Assembly: GCA_964106915.2 (NCBI GenBank) | Contig: OZ066917.1 | Strand: one strand, 5' to 3' | DNA length: 64,000 nt | DNA from: Podarcis gaigeae | Taxonomy: Eukaryota | Shown here: positions 1-64,000 of the stretch, one piece after another | How positions within the stretch are numbered: position 1 is the first letter of the stretch | Layout of the letters: each line of letters opens with the position of its first letter | Notes under the pieces: generated by a model | The model's database searches: none | What the model saw: the letters and a program-made list of their open reading frames with translations, nothing else | What the model was told of the DNA's origin: nothing | Made by a program: the position numbers and the translations under genes

Positions 1-1409
1 CTGTTCCTTAGATGAAGTGCTTTCAAAAATATTTCATTATGGTGGGTGCCCATATTTTTTTGCAATATGCGCTTTTCTTCCGGACCAAAGTTTTAAAACT
101 CCTCATTACATATTAAGAAAATATCTGTACAGATTATTTATTGACAGTAAGGCTTCTGAAGGAACTCTGGTGAGCTAGTATTTGAAAAGAACGAGGTGAA
201 TTGCATCCAGACAGAACTGATGACCTTTCCAGAATTACACAATTTCCACCAGGTTAGGTACTCAGAACTAAGAATAAACTGGCATTAGTCATCTATAAGC
301 CTCCATAACACCTTGAAATACATGTCCTAGCAAGTCGTTATGCCTCGGTTATCTTTTTTAAAGCATGGTGTGTTTATGCTATGGATCATGCTTTCCTTCT
401 GCAGGAATTTTTTTTTTTTAACTGATTACAGGGTTATAAAGTACAAGTTAATAGTTTTGTTTCAGCATAGTTCTGATTTTTGAAGCTAGTTGGTGGGAAT
501 ATTTATACATTGCGTAGCTGCCAATAGAAGTGCTGTTAAACAATATATCATGTGGAAAGGATATAGCAGTTCTTTGTAGTCTCTGTGCAGTCTTGCCTTT
601 CTGTTCTTCCTATGTGTAGATTAATATTTGGAACTTCTAGAGCAAGCTGGTAACATTCTGGCACGAAAGACTATCTGCACAGCCGTAGCACATACCTAAG
701 AACTTCACCTTCTTGATCAATTCCTTTGTGACTGCTGCAGTAGCGATTACAGGAACGGTAGAAAGGTAGGCACTTCTTTCCTCCTACCTCAGAACTTTGT
801 TCCTCTTCTTTTTTTGCCTTGCCAGATACTTCTTCACTTACCCACAAGCAAACTTGGGACTGTCAAATGTTTGTACTGTTGCAGAGATGCACTGCACAGT
901 CTTGTAAAACTAAAGACTGCCATTCTAGCATTTTCAAGGAAAAAGTAAACTTGATCTTTTGTTTGGAAGTCCTTTTGGTGTTAAATCCATCTGCAGCAAT
1001 AGCATTCGGATCAACCTGAATGTTGCAAAATGGTAAGCAAGCCTTCATGATGGCTATTAAACAAACAGAGGGGAGAAGAGGGGAACAAACAGATGGAGAA
1101 GAGGGGAAAAACTTGTTTGATGTTGAAGTTGTGGACAGCTGTTACCCAGACCTTTCTCCATCATTAGAGTCAACAGATACTTTGGTAAGGTGGAAAGCAG
1201 ATATACTGAGAAACTAGGCGATTTTTATATTAACTATAAAGCCAGAGATTATTTTTAAGTGGTGCACTCAGATAAACAAAGAAGTCAGTGCAAAGCAAAT
1301 TGACTACTATTAGTTGTTGAAGAAGGGGCTTTGCTACAGGTCTTTCTCTCCAAGTGATAGAAGCGAATCTTTCTCCAGTTTTAGGATTCCACTCCTGAAT
1401 AGGGTATTC

Positions 1410-1747
1410 TAAAAGTAAAGGACCCCTGATAGTTAAGTCCAGTCACAAATGACTCTGGGGTTGCAGCACTCATCTCACTTTACTGGCTGCAGGAGCCGGC
1501 GTTTGTCCGCAGACAGTTTTTCCGGGTCATGTGGCCAGCATGACTAAGCTGCTTCTGGTGAAACCAGAGCAGCGCACGGAAACACCGTTTACCTTCCCAC
1601 TGGAGCGATACCTATTTAACTACTTGCAGTTTGACATGCTTTCAAACTGCTAGGTTGGCAGGAGCAGGGACCGAACAACAGGAGCTCATCCCGTCGTGGG
1701 GATTTGAACCGCCGACCTTCCGATTGGCAAGCCCTAGACTCTGTGGT
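1410..1747 (-). mobile_element. Sauria (Squam1)-type SINE
   Basis: Typical body (ttccgggtcatgtggccagcatgactaag, ccgtttaccttccc, ctgctaggttggcaggagc), with the tRNA B-box on the minus strand and a degenerate (ACCTTT) tail. Confidence 0.85.
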
Positions 1748-4700
1748 AACACACATAAAAAGCAATGGAAGTAGTGTTGGTGTTCTTTCTAAGAATAGAA
1801 ACTGATTTAGGTTTTCTCTTTTGAGAAAACGGGGATGAACCATTGTGTGCTTAGCTGCAACTTGAAGTCTACTTTGTTTAACATCCAGCCTGACGAGAAT
1901 TCTGAAGAACCTAAAAGATTGCTCCCTATTTTGACATTTTGGCTAGTCCTAAAGGTATTGCCTAACTCATTTTTTTTCTCACGGACCAACATGGCTTCAT
2001 TTTTTATACTTAATACAACTTTGTTCCATCATTGCTTGAGCTGAGGATGGGAATAAGTGGGGTGGGGGAACATTTAATTAAGTAACAACAGAATTACATT
2101 CAAAAGTTCTGAATAAGCCCTAACAATCTGTCTGTTTCTAGAACTGCTATACAGTGAGGAAAACAAATGATGTATTTCATTTCATTGAATTACCTGAATT
2201 GGTCAATGTAATATTAAAAATACAATTAACATTAAACGTATTTTGTAAATACACATTATTTGTACTGTACTTCTAAAACCAAGCAAATAATAGAAGTCCA
2301 TTATTCCTTTGTCTACAGTATTTTATTTAACATAGTCTTACGTAATAAATAAGCAAAAGCTTTACAATTTAAGGGAGTAGATATATAATCCTAAGCAATA
2401 GTAGGATGTGTATGTATTTCTTTTTCCACATACTTTTGTCAAATAATTTATTTTTGCATCATAAAAAAGCAAAATCTAATGTTCCAGCAGAGGAACAAAC
2501 AGAAGAGTTTTCTCTCAAGAAACTAGCTCAAAAAACTGTATCGTGATTTTGGACAAGTAAAATTATAGTAGGAATTATATTAATTCATTCAATGCTGTCC
2601 TTTACTTATGAATGTGAAGTTCAAATCCTAAACCTATTTACTAGTGAGCAAGCCCCACTGAACATAGCTAGACTCACTTCTGAGTAAACATGCATAGGAT
2701 TATGCATCTTAAAATTATTCACTGATTTGCTGCTGCAAAGTTGAGCTTTTTAACCAAAGTAGATTGATGCAGGGGAAATCTACACAATTGTACTCAGCAG
2801 AGCAGTTTGTACTAGGTGTGTGTGGCATTTCTACTCATAAGATGCAAAACTGAGAGTTACATTTCCCATCTCCATATTTACTATTTCTTACGAAGTGTAT
2901 AGAACCCTGCAAAGTACAGTGATAGGCTTTTTTTCTCGGGGGGACGCAGGGGTACACATTTTGTGAATCTTTGTACTTTTATCCATTTATTGTATTTGTT
3001 GTTCCCGATTTGAACTATAAAATGGTGATTTTCTTGACTCAAAATGAGAGAACTCTTAAACATTTTTTTAGAAAAAAAGCACTGTTGATAGGTAATATAG
3101 TTCATTAATTATAGTTCATAATCAAGAAAAGAAGTGGCAAAGTGAAAAAGGGGGTGTCCCACTCCCTGCCCTTCCATTGCATGTAAATGATACATCCAGT
3201 TTTCAAGCACTATTCAGGATTTTTAAAGTTTTATCCATGGTGAGAGGGAAGGGCTGCATGTGGCAGCGTCACCTCTCATGACTGGGAAGGTCTGCAGTAC
3301 ATTGAGCTGAAAAGGGTTCCAATTCTCAGGAAGCCTGATTGCAGGGAGCACTGTAAGCTCATAAGTAAAAATATGCTTGCAAGTCCTCTTCAGGCCTTCC
3401 CAGGAAGATCAGAAGGGAAGGGCCAGGGCAGGCATGTGCATCCTTGAGTCCCCTCTGTGGATAGGACTTCAAAATGCCTAAGGTAATTTATACATTGTGA
3501 TAGTGGCAGGCTGTTAATTATTTGAAACTGCTTATCTTCAACAGCATTACCTAAATGACACTGGGCAATTGAACAGTTTAAAAAGTGTTCTTTTCAGAAA
3601 TATTTTCTTTCTTACAAAGTGAAAGAGGCTTAGCATATATACAGTCACGCTGAAGAAAATAAAGTAAGTATGCTACACTGCAGTTGTGTATCAGATTTCT
3701 TTTTATGAGTCAGCTAATTGCCTGTATCTCATTGGGGAATACATTTTTTCACGTAGCAAAATAAACAAATGTTATTTGGCATAAATGTATTCTTTCAGGA
3801 TTACATCTGCATGAACACTTTGAAAGACTGTAAACAAACTTGCATCTGGCAATAGAATTGTGTAATGACATCATGATAAGATCATTCACAAAAGCTCCTT
3901 TCTATGAAGACAAGCTAAGAATGCTGCTGCTGTTTTCAGCAATATCAATTACATCAGAAAAGGTATCAACATTCACAGAATTTACCTTGGGCATCTGGGA
4001 GGATATTTTTGTTTGGCTGTTAGGGGGGAAAGTTCACTTCCATCCTTCTAAGTACATTAGTCCAATTTAACTATAAAATTAAGTCTCTGGCAAGTTTGTT
4101 GCCCAGATAATTTATGCATGTTCTTAACACTTGAGGTATCAGCAAAGGATGTGATTTTGATGAAGTAACACACAAACAATGATGGATTTTCAGTATTACA
4201 AACAGGAGCCTTATTTGCAGTTTGTACTAGGTGTGTGTTTTACTTGCAAGTGATGTGTGGATTAGGGCTTGTGTTTTCACCCTCCTTTCTAAAATTTTTT
4301 TTATCTTAATGGCCCCCCCCTCAAAAAAATCCAGGCAATCTTACTTCCCAAACTGACTTGGAGCACTGAATTAAACCACAAGCTCCAAACCATTTAAACT
4401 CAAACTGAATAATACACAGTCAAAACCACCTTTAAATCTGAATTCAACCAAGGTTAGGACAATTTCACATGTGCAGTTTGGATCTTATATTCATGTACAC
4501 AGTGATCCCTTATCCGTATGTCTAGAAGACACACCACCAAGCAGCAGTTTTTTGTAGTCAAGGTATTGAAATATGTTCTACAACAATTAGCACTGTGCAA
4601 AGGATGTGTCAGACACCTCTTAGTGCAGTGTGGTGAATATTACAAATATGAGACTAGAGTCCAAACTGTGAATGTGAAGTTCCCTTTATCTTAAAAACCA

Positions 4701-4864
4701 TTCAAAATAATGCAGTTTTGAGCCTTCCAATTCATAAAATACTCTAAGCATTTATCCAAATGTAACTATGACCAAAGAATGGTAGCCAGTTCACCCGGAA
4801 GCACACACTTTTTTTCTCAGCCTGAAAGATCAAGCACAAGAGGGAATGAACAAGGCCATTCATT

Positions 4865-4894
4865 CAAACAAACAAACAAACAAACAAACAAACA
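4865..4894 (+). repeat. (AAAC)n microsatellite
   Basis: caaacaaacaaacaaacaaacaaacaaaca. Confidence 0.95.
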
Positions 4895-6906
4895 TGTGCA
4901 AGAAAGAAGAATGACCCAGTACCCCATAAAGCACTAGAGATGAAACATATTAGTCATGGTGAACAATGGGCTGAAGGCAAGGTGCCTAGCACCTTTGGGA
5001 GAAGCGTATTTTTACACTTTGGGAACTATTGGCTTCAACTCAAGGCACAGGTTAAGTCTGAATTCTAATGTACACTGCTTTGGCACTACTTAAAAATGTG
5101 CATGCTCACAATGGTTAACTTTAATTAGGGCAATACTGAGCACAGCCGATCACTTTTAAAAAGCTTATTTCCTTACAGTAACAAATAGCCTTATAAAATT
5201 AGGCAAGGAAATGGATTGTATTGCTACGTTTAAATGCAGAAAAATGGTTTAAGAAAATGTCCTCATTACCTTTCAACTTAGTTGAGATTTGAAAAGGTGC
5301 AATCAAAGCTGTTTTCCATATTGCACAAGTTAAATTATATATTATTTATTAGAGAAATATTCTTAAATTGGTTCTGTCTATACTCAAAACAACGGCAAAA
5401 CTGTTATTTGCTTCCTGGGGGCACAGAAGTTCTTCCATGCTTCTAATGAAAACTTCACTTGTCTGAAGGACATTTTAGAAGTTTTTGATGTAGCTCAGAG
5501 CTCAGCAAAGCTAAGAAAAACTAGTCAAATTAAAATATACATCTGACTCCAGTGTTAATGTTCTTTAATGCCAACCATTTTTATACATAAGCTTTTTACA
5601 TATTAGGGTGCCTTCTGTTCTGTGATTGAGTAAGATGATAAATGGTTTATTAGTTATGTTGAAATGACAACCACATTCTAGTAACTCCTAGTGTGCAAAA
5701 CAACCTTCATGTGTATACACACCCACCACATGTACACAAGAGCTTCCCCCATTTAACTGGATAGCACGAACAACTTTGCATGTGTATTCTTTTGTGCTAT
5801 TGCTTATGATTTTATTAAAGCACCCACAGAAAACTGGAACACAGGAGAGCTATATATTTATGGTATTAAATCTTTGCAGGTACTTGAGTTGCCTCACCTT
5901 CCAGATTAAACATTACAAAGCCAAAGATGAATATACTACGTGCTCTACAAAAAATGCAAAATAAAATGTAAGTGCCTGAGAATTCTCATCTAATCATTAG
6001 TGCAGTTGGTGAATGTATTTTATCATATCTTAACCATAAAAATTGCTAAAACTGGCTGGGCTAAAAATGTAAAGCCACCAAACAGAAAAGATTTGAAGTT
6101 TCGTTGACAGCAAAATGAAGAGAATGCAACTTCACTCCTCTTTGGCTGGCAACAAATACAGTTTGGGATATATTCTAAATGGAAAGTGTATCTGAAACAG
6201 TGAAAACCTTTGTCTTTCGTTTTCAAATAGATGCTTTGACTCCCCCCCCCCCCCGCTACAGTGTAACAATCACCAGCTCTTTGGTAGTTATCTCCAAGCT
6301 TATTGGGCAAGTAGATTTTCATTTTCTAAAGATGCATAGTAGCCATGCAGCCTGGCAATTCTATACTGCCTTGAGTAATATATATCCAAGCCACATGAAT
6401 AAAAAAATGGTTTAATTTCAGGGATTGAAATCCTAAATGCATGTCCCCAAGGTAATTCATTTGACGGCAGTTAAACAGAGACTATCAGAAATAACTGGTA
6501 ATTACTGTCTCCTACCAGACTGTCCGTTTGTTAAGTGATCTATAACTTTCAAATAATTGAGGGATTGTATTTTTTAAGAAAACAAAGTCACTCTATGTAT
6601 CAGCACATAAACTCTTATAATTTAACTTATATACTGTAAAAATAACAAAAATATGATCTGTTACATGGCTTCTTACAAGCAGAGTCAACTGCAGAGATTA
6701 ATCTGGAACAACAAAGCACTGAAGCTACCGTAATTTTTTCCCCTTGACCTTAAAGGTACTGTTACACATGGCTTGCCAAGAATGCATGCAAGTTTGTCCC
6801 ACTGATTTTAAACCATGCTCACTAAGTGCAACCATGTATTCTCATGCTTTAGGGGAACTATTCCAGTTTATTTATTTATTTTATAAACCACAGCTTTCTA
6901 TTACTG

Positions 6907-57150
<50,244 letters not shown>

Positions 57151-58829
57151 CTTAAAGCAGTGGTCCCCAAAGCACTGAACTCCCCGCAATTTGTTTACTT
57201 CTGAATAAACGTGCTTAGGATCTGATCGCGCTGGAAGTTAAGGTTCCTTTGGTTGGTTAAAGGTCCTTAAGTTGCACTAGTTTCCACTCAACTGACCAAG
57301 CTTGTTACCTATTAAACTGGGAGTGAGGCTTCAGCGGTTTCTGAGCAACCATATTAGTTAATGGATCCTGACTGGGTTATTAATAATACATTCCATTAAA
57401 ACGGTGGGATTTCCCCTCTAGTGAGCAAGAAGAAGGTTTGGGGTGTAAAATCCCCTCTGGACTCCCCGGCATGTTATGAAAGAACGGATCAACATTACTT
57501 AGGCGCCCATCCTTGACTAACTTCTCTGCCCCACTGAACTCAATGAGGCTGGCTTCTGAGTTGACAAGCATACGATTGTGCTGTTAGTTAATCGTGTCCT
57601 CCTCTTCCAAGTATATATGCAACCCCTTCATCTGTCACCAGACTTCAACTCCCCGTCGACCTAGTTGATTGCTCAACCCTATTCCCAATGTTCATTGGGG
57701 TGCGCGACCCTGCACACACGTCTCTGAGGGTCAGTCCCGTGCAACTCTGTGGGACTTTCTTCTGAGTTTAGATTTGCGGTCCCCAATAGCTCTAAGACGC
57801 ACTAACGTAGAGAGGCCCAGATCTACTCGAGAGGCGGAATGGGGGAATCCAGTAACTTGGCCTAAACTCAATCTTGGGTCCCAGTATGTTGTTGGACCAC
57901 AAATCCCATCATCTCTGGCCGTTAGCTAAGCTTCCTTGGGTATGATGGGGGCTGTACTCCAAGAACTCAGAAGTATAGGATTTTCTGCAATCCTATACAC
58001 ACTCACTCAAGAGGGAGCTTCATTTAACACTGTGGGATTTCCATCCATTGAATTGCCCTAGCAATACAGGGTCCTATGCGCGCTTACTCAGAAGTCACTC
58101 TTCCCTGGGAGTAAGTTCCACTGAACGCCGTGGGAGAGACTTTTGGGTACATACGTGCAACCCAGGAGGAAGCCTGAAAAGGCCATAATCTCCTTCGCCT
58201 ACAAGCCTACCTTGCTGCGCCCAAGCGACTTCCTGCAGGAAAGTCGCATGCGTCAGGCAATGTGCCCCGAAGTGTCGCCCATCGAGGCCCCCAAGCTCCC
58301 AGGCCGACTAAACAAATGAGAGCGGCCCACTTTAACTGCGCTGCCGGCGGGGGAATTCATCCCACCAACGGACTGCTCAGGCGGCTGGCGGCTGGCGAGG
58401 ACCGCGCTTGTCCGTCCTCTGCAGCAATCAGGCACGCCTTGGGATTGTAGGGGACGGTGGAGGGGCCGCCGTCGAGCAACGCGGCTGGCGGCTCTGGGAC
58501 CAGCGAGGAGGGTTGGGTGAGCTGGTGATTAGCGGTTCCAAACTCTCCGATCTGGAGATTGACCTTACAAGAGGATGGATCTGCTATTGAGGCAAACTGA
58601 CCGGTATTTACACAATCAATGGACACGAGCCACTGACAGTCTTTAGGGCAGATGGTGGAGAGCCTGTGGCCCTCCCAATGTTCTTGGACTCCCATCAACA
58701 CCAGCCAGCATAGGGAATTGTTGGGGATGGCGGGAGCTGTAGTAACCTCCTCCTTTGGAACGCAATCGCGTTGCTATACTCCACAGCCTTCCTTATCTCT
58801 GCCGCTCGATCCTAAAGACTATATTTACT

Positions 58830-58973
58830 TATAGAATCATGGCAGAGTTGGAAGAGACCCGAGGATCATTTAATCCAACTCCCTGCAATGCAGGAATATG
58901 TAGCTGGCCCGCACCAGGATCGAACCCACGACCTGGGTGTTGTCAGCGTCACGCTCTAACACGTGAGCTAACC
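58830..58973 (-). mobile_element. tRNA-headed SINE with a CR1-derived tail (Squam2-like)
   Basis: On the minus strand, a tRNA-like head ggttagctcac..ttagagcgtgacgctga..caggtcgtgggttcgatcc is joined to the CR1 tail ttcctgcattgcaggg...cttccaactct...attctat. Confidence 0.7.
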
Positions 58974-61900
58974 ACCTTGAATACTTGAAAGTAAGCTGCG
59001 CGAATTAATGCGTGCAGCTCGATCCTATATGTGCTTGCCTAGAAGCACTCCCTCTGAATTCAGTAGGTCTTGCAGGCTGAGCGGGCGCCTTCTTTCCAAG
59101 CCAATATGCTCCGGAGAAGGGAGGTACCTGCGCCCCAATCTGCCTACTTCCACATCGAGAGACGGACAGACAGGGAGTAGTTAGCCCCACGGAACTTACA
59201 TCTGAGCAAGCATGCATCGGTTTAATCTCTATTCAACATGGAGTATCTTCTTAGGCGTTTTTAGACGCGCAGAAACGGTCTAAATAGCAGTGTAAGTAAC
59301 ACGGTGTATATATGCTGTTGAGTAGTCCGATTAAATTCGACGGGACTGTTCCGGCGTAAGCAGGACTGTGGTTTGCGGCTCTGGGTTCCTTCCCATCAGC
59401 TCGCTGCTGCTGCTTTGCCCGAGTCCTCTGACAATGCATCTGCTTTGTGAATTCATGCCTCGCACACTGACCTTAAGCGAGGAGGATTCCGAGGTGTTTT
59501 CTGAAGCCTGCAGAGGAATCGGATGGAAATCTACATCCTGCGAAGCTCCCCGCTCCCTCCCTTCCTCACACAAGGCACACACTCTGTCAGCCCTAAGCAA
59601 GTTTTATTGCAAGTGAACCCCATGACGCTTACTTCCGAGGAAGCGCGGCTCTGCTCGCATCTGAAACGCCTCTCATAGGGAAATCCGATTGTCTTCCCAA
59701 CCCTGCTGCGCCCTTTTGACTTTCGGGGCTCGGAGGGGGCAGTTCCCCAGCAAAGCTGCTCTGTGTCAACACCCGGCCTCTGCCAAGGGCTCCGTTGCGC
59801 CTTTAGACGAGAATCGCACAAGAAAGGCTTTTAGGGCACCGCCCGAGGCAATTCCTCCGCAGCCTGGGCCGCGGTCTCACCTGCGCTTGGAAGGCAGGCC
59901 TGTTGAAATGGTACATCTAGTAGGCAGGGATGGGGCTTAAAGACGCTCCCTGCTCCCTGGGAAGTGGATGGAAACGCTTTTAAAAGCCTTAACACCATCC
60001 TTTAGTAGCGCCTGCATGGCAGAAGGAGCCATTGGTAGCCGCGCATTTCTCAGGTCAACATATTGCAAACACCGTATTAACACCAGCAATTTAATCCATT
60101 ATGGGCCACTTATTTAATTATTTTGAATATTACGGAACATGAGGCGCATTTAATAACACTTTCAAATAGGTGACTCACAGTTCAATCCTAACCTCGTCTA
60201 CTCAGAAGTAAGCCCTATTGAATCCAGTGGGTTTACTCCCAGGTACTAGGGAGGGTTAGTATGGCAGCCTTCGAGCTCCGATGACTTTACCAAGGTTTAT
60301 TTCCGAGTAGACACGTGTAGGGTTGCGCTGTTAATATATTTCCTTGCTTAGGATGCGAGAAGCTGAGGCAGCCTAACTGCATTTTCTGGGCTGGTATTAT
60401 TGACAGTAGTAGGCCTTTCTTCCTCACAAAATTATGTAAGATCAACGACTGCGAGACTAGACACCCCCCCCAACACACATACAATGAGTGACACGTCGCG
60501 CTTTTGTGACAGTTAATGACTAAACCGGCTTTATTCTCCATTTAGAGGGTTTAGGATCCCGGGTGGTGCAGACCTACCAAACAATTGCTCTCAGCAATTG
60601 GGAAGAAATGAATGTGTGCGCGCGCTGCTGCGCTTAAACCACTCTCTTAAATCACTTAGTTGGTTGGCCGTTGACTTCCGCAGGAATCAAGGAGCTTTGC
60701 TTCCACCTAAAGTAAACCCCTTTGCGCTTGTGCTGTTGACTATCCCCAAAGCCACAGAATACAATCTGGATGGCTAAGGCTTGGGCTGCGCTCTCTGGAG
60801 ACAGAAGTGCTGCTTCTGTGTATGTGGAAACAGAGTAGACACAGGCACGATCACAGATCTGTTCCTGAACTAGCCGGGATGGAACATTTGTGTTTGAACC
60901 GCTTTGTCCCAGTTTTCTGCAAAAATGTGCTCCACGAGTTGGAAACCAAGCCGGCTCCAGATCGCTGGCAAAAGTTCTCAGGCGGTTCCACACATTAGGT
61001 TTTCTCTCTCTTCAAAGTGTCTGATTTTGCTGCACTCACCACGACACGAAAAACGTATTTTCTACGTCTGTAAGTTTCAACTTCGAGGTGGTGAGACTGC
61101 CTGTTCAGTCGACTTGGAAAACCGACTAACTCGGCTGAACAGGACACGAATAGCGGGACAGGAGTACTTTGCTCTTAGGAAAGAGTTTGACAAACGACGC
61201 ATTCTGTATTAAGTATTCCTTAAATAGGTTTAGCATAATCAGAGCTGGCTCTTTTAAACTGTGACTTGCGAGGGCCAGAGAGAGAACTCCTGAACAATCC
61301 TGGTTCAGCAAGGCGTCGAAAGCGCTTCTCATACACCCAGTTTGGAGTCCTGCAAAATAATACCACCACCACATTTCCTGAGGGGGTCACAGATTAACAG
61401 ACCCTCCCAGAGAGACCCCCTTCTAAGCAAAACTCCAGCCCGAAAGGGGCTGCTTTTGTCCAAGATCGCTGCCTAGGACGATAAACAGAAATAAATTAAA
61501 TGGCCCGGTAATAAAAGATCAGCTTCTTCTAAAATAAACAGCGACAGTTTGGTATTAACGACAGTTCCTGCTTGACTGGCCTGACCAGCCAAACTAGAGC
61601 TCACCGATTTAGACTCACTTCGTGCCCTCGAAGCAAATGAGAGTCTATTGTTTTGTTTTGTGTTTTGTTTTTAAAGGGGGAGGGTGTCCTTAACTGGGTT
61701 ATGGGTAGACTTGTAATAGTTACCCGAGGAGCACAGGGTCAGGCTCAAAACAAGGTAAGGAGGGAAAGGCGGAAAATGGAATATACCCAATCCTGAATCC
61801 TCAGAAGCAGAGTACCGTATTTTGGTAGTGACACGTCAGAATATTACTATTGCAGAAGTTTTCATGGCGCATATGATTGTCACAATTCTTATCTGACGGA

Positions 61901-62739
61901 TCTTTCTCACATCCCCGTGCAGAAAGAATCGTCTGAAGTAACTTACCCTACATTTACTTGCATTTTAAAATAAATGCAAAACTGCTGCCACGCCTTTGGC
62001 TTCTCAGGACAGCAGGGATTTGAGCCGGGATCGCTGGAATCCGGGCCACTTGCTTCTTCCTCGATCGAGCAACCCGGGGTCCGCTTCTGATTCGCTTCGC
62101 TTGCAGGTTTGGCCACTAAGCGAAGATAAATGGCATTAACCCAACTCTACCCCTTTGTCTATCGCTTTGTAAAATCGAAGGCAGAAACCCCTTTTAATCG
62201 GCGAGTTAATACAAATACTATTCTTGGTGTCAAACAACGAGAGCTGGGGAGGTGAGCGCGCGCCTGTTCATTTTGGGGAGAGGTAAGCGCCTAAATCAGG
62301 CAGAAACGGCGCAGACGGTTTAGGTAGGTTTTGGACTGTCTTCCCAACAACATGGCAAATGGAGACATTCCGACGTCGCTTACTACTACCCCAATCCCGA
62401 GAATTCGGGCTGGATCCAGTGAGATGTTCTCTGGGAGAATCGGGGCCGTTAAAAAGATTGTTAGTTGTACTGGTTGTAGGCCGCCTGGAGAACGGTTTTG
62501 CGGAAAGGCGGCTCTGCAGAGAAATTGTGGACACAATCTGATCCTAACAAAGCGCCGGCTCAACCCCAACCCCGCGCGCGTTTACTCCAAAGTAAGTCTC
62601 CCTACTCAAAGCTCTTCCATTCCTCTCCAACCGGCCCTTTTCTTCCATTTCGTCAGCCGAAGTTAGCTAACTACTAATTAACTGGGAAAGTAAAGGTCCA
62701 TTTCCTGTGTGTGTGTGTGGGGGGAGACCCTCTCACCTC

Positions 62740-63050
62740 ATCCCCCCCTTGTCCTTCCATCCTGCTTGCTGCAAACCCCAGGCGGTGGCGCGCCAGAGGC
62801 TGAAGCCGCCAAAGCGCCGGCCCGCCAGAAGCGCATCTAGCGGCCCGCGGGAAAGATTCGCGGCGGGCTCCGCGTAAATGCGCCCAGACCTCGCCGCCAT
62901 TTTACAGCAGCTGCTTCCCTCGCTTCCTGCCCTTAGTCGGATCGCCTCCTACCCCATCTAGACGAGGACCCTGATCTCTTTAGCAGACGCGGGCGGCTGT
63001 CTCCGGCCGTAACAAAGCCGGTCCCTGTGCGCTTTTCTTAGCAGGGTATA
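62740..63050. promoter_or_regulatory. Upstream CpG island with a YY1-type motif
   Basis: CpG-dense stretch; CGCCGCCATTTT at 62892-62903. Confidence 0.55.
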
Positions 63051-63904
63051 TTTCACCTTCTCCTTTCCTGATGAAGCTCATTTCCAAAGGCTGGTGCCTC
63101 CTGTCCCCATCCTGCTTCCCTGGACTTAAAAGCCCCCCCCCAAAAGACATTCTTTTTCCTGGGGCGAGGGGATAAATGGGAATCGCGTGGAAAGGATAGA
63201 AAACATAACTTTACGCTCTGAATCTCGCACCAAAGTCAGCTCTCCTTCGGTGTGTTTAGAGCCGGGGCTTGCTTTCCTTTTTGGGTGGGTGGGTAATAAA
63301 ATCCTGTCCCCAAACTCTATAAAATGGAACAAGAGCTGCTGTAACATAAAGTATTCTCTCTGTCCAAACTGTGGGGACACCATATATCATATAATAAGTA
63401 AACGCCACTTGATAATAATTATTAGAGATTCAGTAGAGAAGCAGCTGCGCCGGAATCAGGGAACAAAACTCTGCCCATTTCTTCGGAATTTGTCAATTGC
63501 GGGCGGACTTGGAGATCCTTGCTCCGACGTCCCAAACGGAGGAGTTTGTTCTTTCCTGCCTTACACAGTCGGACCCTGTATATTTAATCCGTAGCGCGAA
63601 ATGCCCTGGAAACATTTGCTTTCAAGGGATTTCCTTCCAAGTTAGGGAGGTGCACACGGCAGGGAAGGTCATCGTAGTAGTAAGTCCTGTTGACATGAAT
63701 TATTTGGAAGATCATGCAATAAGTGTCCTATTTGCCTTTAGGATGGAGGTGCGTTTGGTGAGGATCCTAACTAAAGACGTCGCCTGAGAAATAAATCCCA
63801 TTGAGTTCAACGTGCTTGACTCTCTAGAAGTGCAGTTTTCCTATTGATCTTGGGTCCTTAACATAACTGCTTGGAGCGTGTTTGCTGCAATGGCTAAAGG
63901 GCCG

Positions 63905-64000
63905 GGAGCATAGGAGCCAACTCCTAGGGGCCGAGATCCCTTCGCTTCCTCCCCAACAAAATATTTGAGGGGGCTGCCACCCCCCAAAGTTGTTGGGATT
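63905..64000 (+). repeat. Start of an interspersed repeat (same family as 44820-44990), truncated by the window edge
   Basis: cataggagccaactcctagggg...caacaaaatatttgaggggg. Confidence 0.5.

Noticed and set aside
560-1260. Possible exon or pseudogene (short ORFs on both strands)
   Set aside because: No recognisable protein similarity and frequent stops; contains only a small ~23-bp tandem duplication at ~1059-1105
58900-58973. tRNA gene
   Set aside because: Stems are degenerate and the sequence is fused to a CR1 tail, so it is a SINE head

Overview
Eukaryotic genomic DNA from a squamate reptile, most likely a lacertid-type lizard (inferred from Sauria/Squam1 SINEs and other squamate repeats). 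The window holds one complete protein-coding gene on the minus strand: SIM2 (single-minded homolog 2, bHLH-PAS transcription factor). I traced all 11 coding exons by hand from ATG at 55383 to TGA at 6907. All introns are GT-AG and the phases are consistent (175+83+90+109+86+200+107+148+169+412+731 = 2310 nt, 769 aa plus stop). The left ~36 kb is CpG-depleted intron/3' sequence with SINEs, L1/L2/CR1 fragments and MITEs. The right ~28 kb (exon 2, intron 1, promoter, upstream) is a CpG-retaining domain with several CpG islands and candidate enhancers. No prokaryote-type system (CRISPR etc.) is present, and I cannot claim a clearly new biological system. The best leads are: a MITE whose interior is a 99-bp array of hairpins; an overlapping upstream ORF over the SIM2 start; a weak last intron that would allow a SIM2s-like short isoform; a non-mammalian-type SIM2 C-terminus with a conserved motif island; an inverted MITE pair in intron 1; and a dense scatter of tiny palindromic elements in the CpG-rich domain. 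Repeat family names come from recognition, not from database searches.
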